Shown piece by piece: positions 11,352-22,900 of a stretch of 57,008 nt of DNA. This stretch comes from Prorocentrum cordatum (taxonomy: Eukaryota): contig CAUYUJ010000051.1 of the NCBI GenBank assembly GCA_963575745.1, positions 62,001 to 119,008 of the forward strand, given 5' to 3'. A program made the translations under genes and the position numbers. The notes beneath the pieces were generated by a model, which saw only the letters and a list, made by a program, of their open reading frames with translations, did not search any database and was not told where the DNA came from. Position 1 is the stretch's first letter, and each line of letters begins with the position of its first letter.

Positions 11352-13019
11352 GACTGGGAGGGACGGGCCGAGCCAATTCGGCGTTGTAGGCCTCACAGCC
11401 TTTCGACGTTCGGTCTGCGTCATGCATCTCGTTTTCCCTGAACATCGAATTCTGTATGGGGCACACCAAGCCGTGATTCCGCTTTCGCGCAACCCATGTC
11501 TGGATAGTGGATTGAGCCGCAGTGCCGCTTGCGCGAAACCTCTGGCGCAACCCAGACAGGGCGGACCACACCGTGACTCCGCCTGCCTGCCTGCGCGCAA
11601 CCAATGGGGCCACACGGCGCATCCGCCAGCGCCCGATACCACCACCATTGCACACTGAACGTTCCGACTGTGACTACCGCCCGTAGTATCGCTGTCACAG
11701 TCACTGCCACTCTCACTTCCACTGCGAGGCATGCAGCTGGCTTGGCCAACTGGCCCTGTTGCTCGCTCGATGGTTCCAGCAAGCTGTGTAGTTCAGCTCG
11801 CTCGAGTGTGACACGATCTGCCCCGTGCTCGCGTGCCTGAGTCTCGAGCACCGCCACCACCGTTCCTGCCACTCCTGCCACTAGCAGCAGCACGATTCAC
11901 AATGCACGATGCACCATGCACGAGGCGTTGTGGATCGAGGCTCCTCCGCGGACAGCCCGGAGCAGGCACGACACCAGCCCTGCGTGCCCCTGCGCAGATC
12001 TCGCGCGCGCGACCCCCCCATCGCTGCTCGGCCGCTGCTGGTCTGGGCCAGCGCGGGCAGCCAGCTCGGTCGGGGCCCACTTGAATGGGGTGGAGGGGGG
12101 GGCCTCTTCGTGCTCTCCCTCTTCCTCTCCCCCCTTGCCTCATGCTTCTCATTCCTCACTCTTCGTCCTCGTCCTCCTCGTCCTCGTCGCAGTGCACCTC
12201 GTCGTGGTGGTCGTCGTGGTGGTGGTGGTGGTCGTGGTCGTCGTGGTCGTCGTCGTCCCTCCCAGATGGGAGGGAGGGCTCGACGGCTTTGGGAGGGGAA
12301 AGGGTTCCAAGGCGTTCCATGGGACATCGAGTAGGGAGGAGAAGGAGGAGGAGGAGGACGAGGAGGAGAAGGAGGAGGAAGATGGAGGAAGAGGACAGAG
12401 GAGGAAAAGGAGGGGGAGGAGGAGGAGGAGGAGGAGGAGGAGGAGGAGGAGGAGGAGGAGGAGGAGGAGGAGGAGGAGGGTAGGGCAGAGGAGGAGGCGG
12501 AGGCGGGATTCAGATGAGGTAGGAGGTAGGAAGAACACTCTCTTCGGGCGGCCTCTCAGCTTGTCCTGAAGGTCGCTCTGTTTGGCGCACACTGTCGCGT
12601 GGCCCGAGCATTTGGTGGTCATTTATCGAGAGACGGTGATCGTCGCGTACTTGACATGTGACATGCGCTACAGAGCTTGCTAGGGGAGCGCGCGTTTCCA
12701 TCATCCTGGGAACGGTGATGCCGACGGCAAGCTGCCATGGCTGCGCAAAGGCTGGATGACGAGGAGGAATGTAGAAGAGGGTTGAGGAGGAGGAGGAGGA
12801 GGAGGAGGAGGAGGAGGAGGAGGTGAACGGACGTATTTGCGAGAGAACATCATTCATGCGCCTTGCAATGCTGTCCACCGACTGCCAATCAATGCCGCGT
12901 CCCACATCTTTACAACCAACTCGCCCGTTCTGCCACTTCAGACACCCCGCCATGACAACCCATACGCCTCATCCTCTGCCTCCGCCTCCCCTGGCAGTTG
13001 CATCCTCGTCTCTATGCCC

Positions 13020-14143
13020 CTCCTCCTTCTCCTATCGAAGTATCCTCCCCCCTCCCCCTCCCCATTCTCCTCCGCCTCCTCCTCCTCCTCTTTCTCCTCC
13101 CCCCCGCCTCCTCCTCCTCCTCATCTTCATCATCCTCATCCGACTCATCCTCATCCTCCTCCTCCCTCCCTCTCATCTTCCTCCTCCTTCCTCCTCCCTC
13201 CCCCTCCCTCCCCCTCCTCTTCCTCCTCATCCTCTTCCTCCTTTTCCGCCCGCTCCTCGTCCTCCTCCTCCTCCTCCTCCTCCTCCTCCTCCTCTTTCTC
13301 CTTTTCCCTCTTCCTCATCCCCCTCGTCCCCCTCCTAAGACACTCGACGCCGGGATATGTGCACAACGTGGGCCCAGAATATCCGGACGACTTCCCGGGG
13401 CCGACTGTTCATCCCCCTCTCCTCCTCCTCCTCCTCCTCCGCTCTCCTCCTTCCTCCTCCTCTTCCTTCTTCTCCTCTCCTCCTCCTCCTCTCCTCCTCC
13501 TCATCCTCATCCTCATCCTCCTCCTCCTCCTCCCCCTCCCCCTCCCCCTCCCCCTCCTTCTCCTTCTGCTCCTTCCTCGGCCTCCTGCTGCGCCTTCCTC
13601 CCTGCTCCCCCTTGGCCCGCGCGGTCGAGCCCCGATCCTTCCCCCAGAACAGGCCCTGCTCCAGGCCGCCCGCCCGCCCGACCCCTGGCCCCCGCCCTCC
13701 GTGACGGGAGCGTGTCTCTGGGTGGTTGCGGAGCGTTGCTCGGAGGAGGAGGAGGAAGAGGAGGAGGAGGAGGAGGAGGAGGGGGAGGAGGAGGAGGAGG
13801 AGGAGGAGGAGGAGGAGGAGGAGGAGGAGGAGGAGGAGGAGGAGGAGGAGGCGGCGGCGGCGGCGGCGGCGACGGAGGCGGAGGAGGCGGAGGCGGAGGA
13901 GGAGAAGGAGGAGGAGGCGGAGGCGGAGGCGGAGGCGGAGGCGGAGGCGGCGGAGGCGGCGGAGGAGGAGGAGGAGGAAGAGGTGGAGGAGGAGGATGAG
14001 CAGGTTCAGGAGCAGGAGCAGGAGCAGGAGCAGTTTCAGGAGCAGTTGCAGGAGGAGGAGAAGGATGTGGCGGAGGAGGAGGAGGAGGAGGAGGAGGAGG
14101 AGGAGGAGGAGGAGGAGGAGGAGGAGGAGGAGGAGGAGGAGGA
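13020..14143. repeat. Degenerate (CCT)n then (GAG/GCG)n microsatellite tracts
   Basis: Read directly. Confidence 0.9.
13110..13406 (+). repeat. Left arm of ~300-bp inverted repeat (partner ~17237-17530)
   Basis: TCGACGCCGGGATATGTGCACAACGTGGGCCCAGAATATCCGGACGACTTCCCGGGGCCGAC and the adjacent CCT-rich sequence recur in reverse complement. Confidence 0.85.
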
Positions 14144-14174
14144 GCCTGCGAGGTCCTTGCGCTGCCCTGCCCCC

Positions 14175-14528
14175 TGAAGGCAACAAAACACACGCTGCTC
14201 CCCTGGGCCCCGGGAGGAGCGGTCCAGCCAGAATCTGCGCGCACATGTGCTCAGTGTCAGCGCCCTTCCCCCCCTTGCCATGCGCGGCGGCGAGGGAGGG
14301 GGGGAAGTTTCGGGTTCGAAATTCGAGGCTCTCGGGCGTTTCGAGTTTGTTTGAAGGCAACAAAACACACGCTGCTCCCCTGGGCCCCGGGAGGAGCGGT
14401 CCAGCCAGAATCTGCGCGCACATGTGCTCAGTGTCAGCGCCCTTCCCCCCCTTGCCATGCGCGGCGGCGAGGGAGGGGGGGAAGTTTCGGGTTCGAAATT
14501 CGAGGCTCTCGGGCGTTTCGAGTTTGTT
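14175..14528 (+). repeat. Tandem duplication, 2 x 177 bp
   Basis: TGAAGGCAACAAAACACACG... starts at 14175 and 14352; copies appear identical. Confidence 0.93.
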
Positions 14529-15360
14529 TTTTTAGACTCGGGCACGTTTCCTTGCATGGCGTTCGGCCCCCCCCCCTCGCCCCTCCTCTTCAAACGAATA
14601 GGAATACTAGCGTGCAAATGCCTTTCGGCTTGCGTGATCTCCGCACTTGCCAGTCGTTTGCGCCTTGCTTCAGGTCCAGGCCCCCCCCCGTCCATGCAAG
14701 TTAACTTGACTTGCCAGGGTCTAAAAACAGGCTCTTTCGTAGTTTCTTGACGGTTTTCCACCTTCGGAATGCGTTCCAGCGGCTGCGCCTCGTCGAGAGC
14801 GTTCTGGGGGTGCCTGGATCGTCCCGAACGGCCGCCAGAGACCCGAGTTATGACCCAAAACCCAAATCGGTGGTGCGCCCAGGGGGGGAAGTGAGAGGGA
14901 GAAGTGTTTTCTGTGCCTTCGGGGAAGACTTAGAGAACTTTTAGGCCGGGGGACTTCCGAGCTTTCTGAGAAGGCCTGCCTTTTCTCACTTCCCCCCGGG
15001 CTCGCCGCCGAGCATAGTGGGCGTCTCTCCCCCCTGCTACCCCTCCCAGGTCTTTGCAGGCCCAAGAGAAGCTGTGCCCCAGAGGCTTACGCCATTCTCT
15101 CCCGATCCTGCGTTGCTCGTAACGGGGCAGCGTGGTCTGTGGGGCCATCAGTGTTCAACATGCAGAAGAGGAGGAGGGGGCGGAAGAGGAGGAGGAGGAG
15201 GAGGAGGAGGAGGAGGAGGAGGAGGAGGGGAATGAGGAGGAGGAGGAGGCGGTGGAGGAGGAGGAGGAGGAGGGGGGGGAGGAGGAGCAGTAGGAGGACC
15301 AGGAGGAATAGGAGGAGGTGGCAGAAGAGGAAGAGAAGGAGCAAGAAAACTGCCCAGGCT

Positions 15361-15771
15361 TCCCAGATGGGGCACCGAGTAGATGGTGCCAGGTGCCGCA
15401 GGATCGCGCAACATCGCCGATGCATGTGCGGATTGACGTGGAGCCAGAATTTTCCCACGTTGATGGCGCCGATGCATCGCCACTATCGCCACTGCATCGG
15501 GGAGGCATGTGTCAGATTCGGGCTAATGGGTCATTTGCAAAGGGGGTCTCCAAAATGTATGCAACAGTTCGTACAATCGTTCGTGCTGGATCGTGCCGGA
15601 TGCGGGCAGGATGCGTTGCGTTTGGCCTCGCTTGTCCGTGAGAGCGGCCACGCGCCATGAGCAACAAGGTGATCTATTGCAATTGTGTTTGCGACCCCAC
15701 TACGAAAGACCCCCTTTGCCTGGAATCAAATGTGGCGATGCGGCGCGATCCCTCGACCCCATCTGCTCGGA
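15361..15771. mobile_element. Degenerate TCCCA-family MITE
   Basis: Left end TCCCAGATGGGGCACCGAGTAGATGG; right end GCGCGATCCCTCGACCCCATCTGCTCGGA; internal CATCGCCGATGCAT motifs. Confidence 0.55.
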
Positions 15772-17236
15772 CGAGGAGGAAGTAAGTTCAAGCTTCACTC
15801 CGTGTTGGTGCTCTGTGTGAAATGGGTGGGTTTGAACGTCCCCTCCTCGTGCGCAGCCTCGTTCTCCTCCTCCTTCCTCTTCCTGTGTTCCTTTCTTCTT
15901 GTTCCCATCCTCCTCTTCCCCTTTGAGAGCATGTGGCGGGCCTGTTGGGATTACTTCGTGACCTCTTGGGGGCCAGATCGGCCTCGCCTGTGTGGGCCTC
16001 GAGGCCGTCTTGGGCGCGATGGTTGCCCCGAGTTCTCCACAAGAAACTCTGTTTTGAACGATCTTGGAGACGTCCAGGCGGGGCTGCCTTAGAGAGCGGA
16101 TGGGCCATATTGGGGGCGATCTGTGGCAATCAAGGGCGTGTCTTGGGGTGCTCTGGGAGCCGTTCTGGACCGTCTGGGGAGCTCCTGACCAGACGGCCTG
16201 GAGAGCAAGTGGAGCCGTTCCAGGTCTCGCGGGAACCATTGTGGCGAATTCGGAGATCATCTTGGGGTTTGTAGATTCGAGTCGGTTTCTGCAGGTCGGG
16301 ATAGGCGCCAGGGAGCTCGTGCAATCACCCTCCCCCACGATGTGTTTTGGGACCCTGGGGACGGGGGTGGAGGGGGGAGGCAGACCGCCTCATGCCTCAC
16401 ACGCCTTCTCGCCCCTGGCAAGCGGTGGATCGGCGCATCTTCGATTATCCCCCTTCCGACTCTCCCTCCCGCTGCCCCCCTGTCCCTCTCGCTTCCAGTC
16501 CCGCAAGGTCCAGCCGGTCGACTTCGACGAGGCAGCGGAGACAGAACTGGTGGGACCAGTGGAGTGGGAAGGGCACGAACCCTGATAAATAACACGTGCC
16601 AACATGAAACACATATATGTATATATACACATGTATATATAAAACGTATATACATTATGTATATAATGGATGAATACCAGGTCCCCAGCCCGGGGGCCCC
16701 GCCCACCTCAAAACCATCGGGCCCCCCCCTTTTTTGATGCCCCCGTCCTGGCGCCTCCAAGGGGCTTTCAGAGGCCTCAGGGGGGCCACAGGAGGCAAAC
16801 ATCGTTGTTTTTCTATTGTTTTGGAATATTTTTTGTGGTTCTCACCTTTTCGGCTTCCCGACGCTCCAAGATAGCCGAAGAGGCTCCCGAGATCGCCCAA
16901 AGACAGCCCAATGCCCAAGAGGCCCCCAAGACCCGAAAGGGACCCAAGCAGCCCAAGAGGCCTCCAATACAGTCCAATATAGCCCGAAGACGGCTCTAAG
17001 ACGGGGCCCGGACAGGGAATCCGAACGGACCTTTCGAGCCTTCGGCCCCAAAAAGCCCTTTGGAGACTAAGAAGCGCCCCGGAAGCCCCCAAGACGCCGC
17101 CAGAAACCCCCGAAAGGCTCCCAATATGCATGTCCCACGGGCCATGGTGGTGCTTTCTCCCCACGTACTGGTCTCGCGGGAAACGCTCCCCATGTTCCCT
17201 TGGTTCTTCGCCGTGTTCGGCCCTGGGTGGGCGCCC

Positions 17237-17530
17237 GGTCGGCCCCGGGAAGTCGTCTGGATATTCTGGGCCCACGTTGTGCACAAATCCCGGCGTCGAC
17301 TCTTGGGAAGGGGGTGAGGGGGATGAGGAAGAGGGAAAAGGAGGAGGAAGAGGAGGAGGACGAGGAGCGGGCGGGAAAGGAGGAAGAAGAGGAGGAGGAA
17401 GAGGAGGGGGAGGAGGAAAAGGAGGAGGAGGGGGAGGTAGGAGGAAGGAGGAGGAATATGAGGGGGAGGGGGGAGGAGGATGAGGATGAGTAGGATGATG
17501 CTGATGATGATGAGGATGAGGAGGAGGACG
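17237..17530 (-). repeat. Right arm of ~300-bp inverted repeat (partner ~13110-13406)
   Basis: GTCGGCCCCGGGAAGTCGTCTGGATATTCTGGGCCCACGTTGTGCACAAATCCCGGCGTCGA is the near reverse complement of the left arm. Confidence 0.85.
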
Positions 17531-18380
<850 letters not shown>

Positions 18381-18499
18381 TATTTAGTACTCCGCGGCCC
18401 GCAGCCTCCCTCCGCCGCAGCACCGAAGCCCTGAGGAGGAGCAAGACAAGGGGAAGGAGAAGGAGAGGAGGACGGCCGGCCGCACTCATGCGGCAGCCA

Positions 18500-18676
18500 C
18501 CTGGGGTCCCAAGAGGGGCCACCCCCAGGAATAGCGCCTCGACGATGCGGACGAGCATGCCGAAGCAGTCCTCGAAGAGAGGCGCCCGAAAGCGCACTGG
18601 GGTCCCAGGAGGGGCCACCCCCAGGAATAGAAGCGCCTCGACGATGCTGACGAGCATATCGAAGCGGACCTCGAAA
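18500..18676 (-). repeat. LINE-B 3' UTR duplication (~96-bp period) carrying two conserved hairpins (18500-18529, 18597-18624)
   Basis: Sense CCTGGGG-GTGG-CCC-CTCTT-GGG-A-CCCCAGG and CTGGGG-GTGG-CCC-CTCCT-GGG-A-CCCCAG. Confidence 0.88.
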
Positions 18677-18755
18677 GAAGTAGGACTTATACCATGATAC
18701 ACATAGACGCCCAAGACCAGAAGTCTCAAAAGAATGAAAAGTCAGCACGACGAAA

Positions 18756-19960
18756 TTAGGTGCCGATATGCTCGGGCTGCTTGCTGCAAAATGCCACACG
18801 CCCCTTCGGTAGAATACCTCGGACCAATTTGCCCAAGTTCTGATGTCCGTAGTGACCCATCTGACCAGAACACACATTCGCCAACCTGCGCAGGAAATGC
18901 TTGCCGACACAACCGCAGCGCAGACAGGCATGGATCTGCAGGTCCTTGAAATAACCCAAGAGGTGGGACTCATGAATCGGAACTCCTTGTACATGAACTC
19001 CAACATCGCCTACTCTCTGAATGTGGCCCTTGAGAACACCCCCCAAACAGGGCGTCTCCAAGAACCTTTCCAACTTGCGACCACTCGCACTGCAACCACA
19101 AGCCGAACAATGAAATGATGTGCCCATGCCAGTGAAGACCTGGTGCTCGGACAGCTTGACACGACGACTGAACTTTTTCGCCATGGACCTCGTCGGACGG
19201 ACTCGTTTGGGCTCCGCCTCCGTCGCTGCCAGGAAAGCCTTGGCCAGGTGTTTGCGGACAGCACGACCGATTGCTTCCGCATACTCAAGAGACGCTGCCA
19301 CTGAACTATGAACAGCCACCACATTTGCCCAGTAACCAGCCGCTTCATCCGCTAAGGCGTTAGCGAGGTAGTGTTCGATCTGCGTCCCAGCTTGGATGGC
19401 CACCTCGACAGACATGTGGCTCTCGATCTTGACGACACTGAGCATAGATGGGTACTGCGCAACCACGTCCTTGACCTGCAGCCAAAGGTCCAGGTTCGTA
19501 GTCGGAAGCCGCCCTTGCGAGAGTTTGCGGAGCCCATTGACCACGTACCCCGAGTCCGTGACGAAGGTGATAGGGACCCCTAGGTCGAGCAGATCTTCTG
19601 CGGCCCTGAGCAAAGCCGTCGTCTCACCTCGGTTGATGGTCTGCTTCTTGGGGATGCCACCGCCTCGGGAGAACAAAAGCTGGACGTCTAGGTCGGTGTC
19701 GGAGGTCACCTTGATGACTTGATATGACCAGCCAATGCGCCGCAACCTAGCATCTGCAGAATGGAGCCCTCCTGAAGCATCACCGCCAACCAAGAGATGA
19801 TCGAGATCCCTGAGATCATCCTTATGGCCGATGACCTCATCATACGGGTTGTCTGTCGGCTCGTCCACCTTGGTCCAAGGAGCAGGCAGTATGCCCCTCA
19901 ACCACAAGCAGGGAAGGTTCTCGTAGTCCTGGTGGGCCCTGCTACGCAAGTTTGAAAGAG
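18756..19960 (-). CDS. LINE-B ORF2 C-terminal part: RNase H plus Cys/His motifs (frameshifted from main ORF2)
   Basis: RNase H motifs VGGDASGG, NRGETTAL, FVTDSGYV, NLDLW, KIESH, ANALADEAA; then H..FHCSACG and H..HACLRCG. Junction with the upstream frame near 19950-19975. Confidence 0.9.
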
Positions 19961-22900
19961 ACCGACGAGAACACATCATTGCAAGAACACGACCAACTAC
20001 GATGCAAATCGGTCTCTTCCAATCCACACTTGCAACGCTGACACTCGGTGGTGTCCAAATTGCTGCTGCTCAGGGTCGAGATCCTGCTGCGCGTCCACGA
20101 GGCTCCCGTCATGACAGTCTCGATAGCGCCTGCCATCTCAAACTCGCCCTTCTTCTTCAAAGATGTGAGGTGACGTCGAGCTTCACAGACGTCAGCTCCC
20201 TCTTCAAGACCTTTGCCATTCCAATGCCTCGAAGCCTTGTCCCAAAGCATACGGTCGATCGTATCAGAGATGGCATCTTTGAGGGCACTCATATCTTGGG
20301 GACCTTGACCGATGATGCGGTCTGGGGCCATAAATCTTTCTCCAAGATCGGAAATCCATGCCCAAGGTCCCACAGGGTCCCAACCAATGTCTAAGAGCGT
20401 GGCTATAGTTGCAGACACCACTCCAGTGATGCCTCTCCATCTGTCCTTCAAATCCCTGCTGTCAATCCGTCTTCGTGCCGTCCTCCAGGTACGACGTGCC
20501 AACTCTAGGTCGAAGCCTGGTTTGAAAATAATGGACAACCAAGATTCCACCAGCCTGTGCACGATCTGATACTGAGGGTCCTTGCGGCCGACACGTAGTT
20601 GTAAAAGAGTTGTGAGGCAACGACTTGGCCACTTCTTTGCCAGGGTCTGTCCCAGAGCTTTCCTCCAGCCGTTGATGACCGGCGGAGCCGCTCCAAAGAC
20701 TTTGTCCGAGTAGTCCGCCATCGGAAGAACACCCATCATGGCCAATTTAGCGCCGATCTTCTTGCGAACCGCACCTTGAGCAAACCGCTTGACACGAGTG
20801 AAACGCTGCTGAGCACCTCTTCGCCGCTGAGCCTGCTTCGGACGCCGAAAGCCAACCGTACCTCGATCGATGCCCAAGTCGGTGGCGACACTCTCGATCT
20901 TGACCTCGAAGCCCTCCTTGGCGAATCCTCGTTTCAACTCCTTGCCTAGCCCAGCATTGTTGGTAACTATCGTCGACTTTGCCGATATCACCAAACCTGC
21001 CTCAGAGCAACCTTTTGCAAAAGTCAAACCAGCTTGCAAGGCTAGTCCGAGAACTCTTTTGTATCTGCCTTCCACTCTTTGAGAAACGTCATCCACCCAG
21101 GACCTGACCGTAACACCAGGAGACCCCTGCGCCACTCTGTCCAAGATGTTGTACAAGGAACAACGAGAGAAACCCACTGCGCCGCCAAGTCCAGCTATCA
21201 TGCTCTGCTCGGGTATGATGGCATCAGAATAATAACCACTGTCACGGAGGAAACGCACTCCCATGTGTAAAATCATCTCCAATGCCAAGATGCACGGTGG
21301 AAAATCGTGCTCCATACCAGTCTCCAGTAAGAGCTGCCACTTGAGAGCGTCGTAGAACCCCTCAATGTCCCACAGCACGCTGGCCTGCACCCAATCTTTA
21401 ATCGTGGTGAGCGCGACCGTCTCGTCCAGGTAACTGCGAGCTAAGGCCTCGCGCAAGGCTGAGGAACCTGCCACTGCTGCATCCCAGTGCCCAGCCTTTG
21501 CCTTTGTCCAGCTGGCACGGTACTCGCCTCGACAACTTGACCAAAGCCTCGCCAAGGTCGATAATATGCCAATGGCCCTGTCGTCACCGCTCGGATTGCG
21601 TAGAAGAGTGACCAGAACCACCGTAAGTTGCCAAGGCCATGCCACTGACTGTTCGATAAGTTGAAACAGTTGGACCAGCTCCTGCTTACCTTGCTCGGGC
21701 AACCAGACGAGGTCCCTCTTCCCCAACTGCTCAATGCCCTTCGCCGACGTGCCCTTCATCCTTCGGATGCCGTCTTCCAGCGTCTCCAAGTCGAAGACAG
21801 GAAAAGCGTCTTCACGAGCGCGAGCCCTAGCACGTCCCAAGAGTATGGTGACCTGGCCGATGTCGAGCTGCCGGTCACTCCACTTCTTCTTCCACACCTT
21901 AGCCCGAATGTCCATCGCCGTGAGGGGGTCCGACGATATTACCTGGCCTTCCTCGAACTCATCCTTCGAGGTGGCCTTGTCCTTGATAAGTCGAAACAGC
22001 TTCCCAGGTGCGGCAACATACTGCTCCTCCGCCCATTGGGAGAAGGCCAGATACTGAGAATAACATTCCATCCGCTGCAAGCTGGCAGCAATCTTGCTGC
22101 TCTCGTCCTTGTAGCGCCTGATGGTGTCGTTCGTGGCGATGTTGAGCTGCCGCAGCTTCCTGCGCCAAGCCGTTTTCTCCTTGTGCGGGAGAGAAGCCAG
22201 GGTCGAAGAAGGAACCCAAGCCGTGGCCTCCCTGAGTCTGGTAATTAGCTTCCCAAACCGAGGCGATTCTCGCTTGGAACTGGCTCTGTCCAACTCCTCC
22301 AACAAGAAAGCAATCTTGGCCCACCAGTCCACTCCAGGATCCCGTGTGCGTGTAAATGGAGGGGACGGCACCACTTTATGAGTCCTGGTAAGTCGAGCCA
22401 AACCTCGGCCTCGATGGGCCTTGCTGTCTTTGTCCAGACCCTCGCCGTCGAGCAGGTGGCTGAAGAACTCTTCAACCTTGCCAGCCCACTCGCCGAAAGC
22501 AATGCCCAGCTTGCCAGCACTATCAGAGGTAAGCCTCCAAGCGTGGGAGTCCGTGACGCACGGCGGCGGTTCCGACCAGCGATGATCCTGAGGTATGCTG
22601 ATGGACGACCAAAGATCGGCACGCTGATCAACTGACCACTTAACGCCTAAGCCAGCTCCACCCCCTGGAGGGACCAGGCCTTCATCTTGATCCTCTGGTT
22701 CGTCAGGTAGAGGCTCGTCGTCGTCAGGCTCGCCCTCATCGCTCTCCGAATCCTCCCCAAGATCCATAGGACCCAAGAAATTGAATGGAGGAGGAGATTT
22801 GATACCAAGCCGCCGTCTCTCCCCAAGCTTGGCGATCCTCGGTCTCGCTGACGTTGGAGTAGCCACCACCACCAACTTCCTCGAGCGCTTGCTGTTTGGA

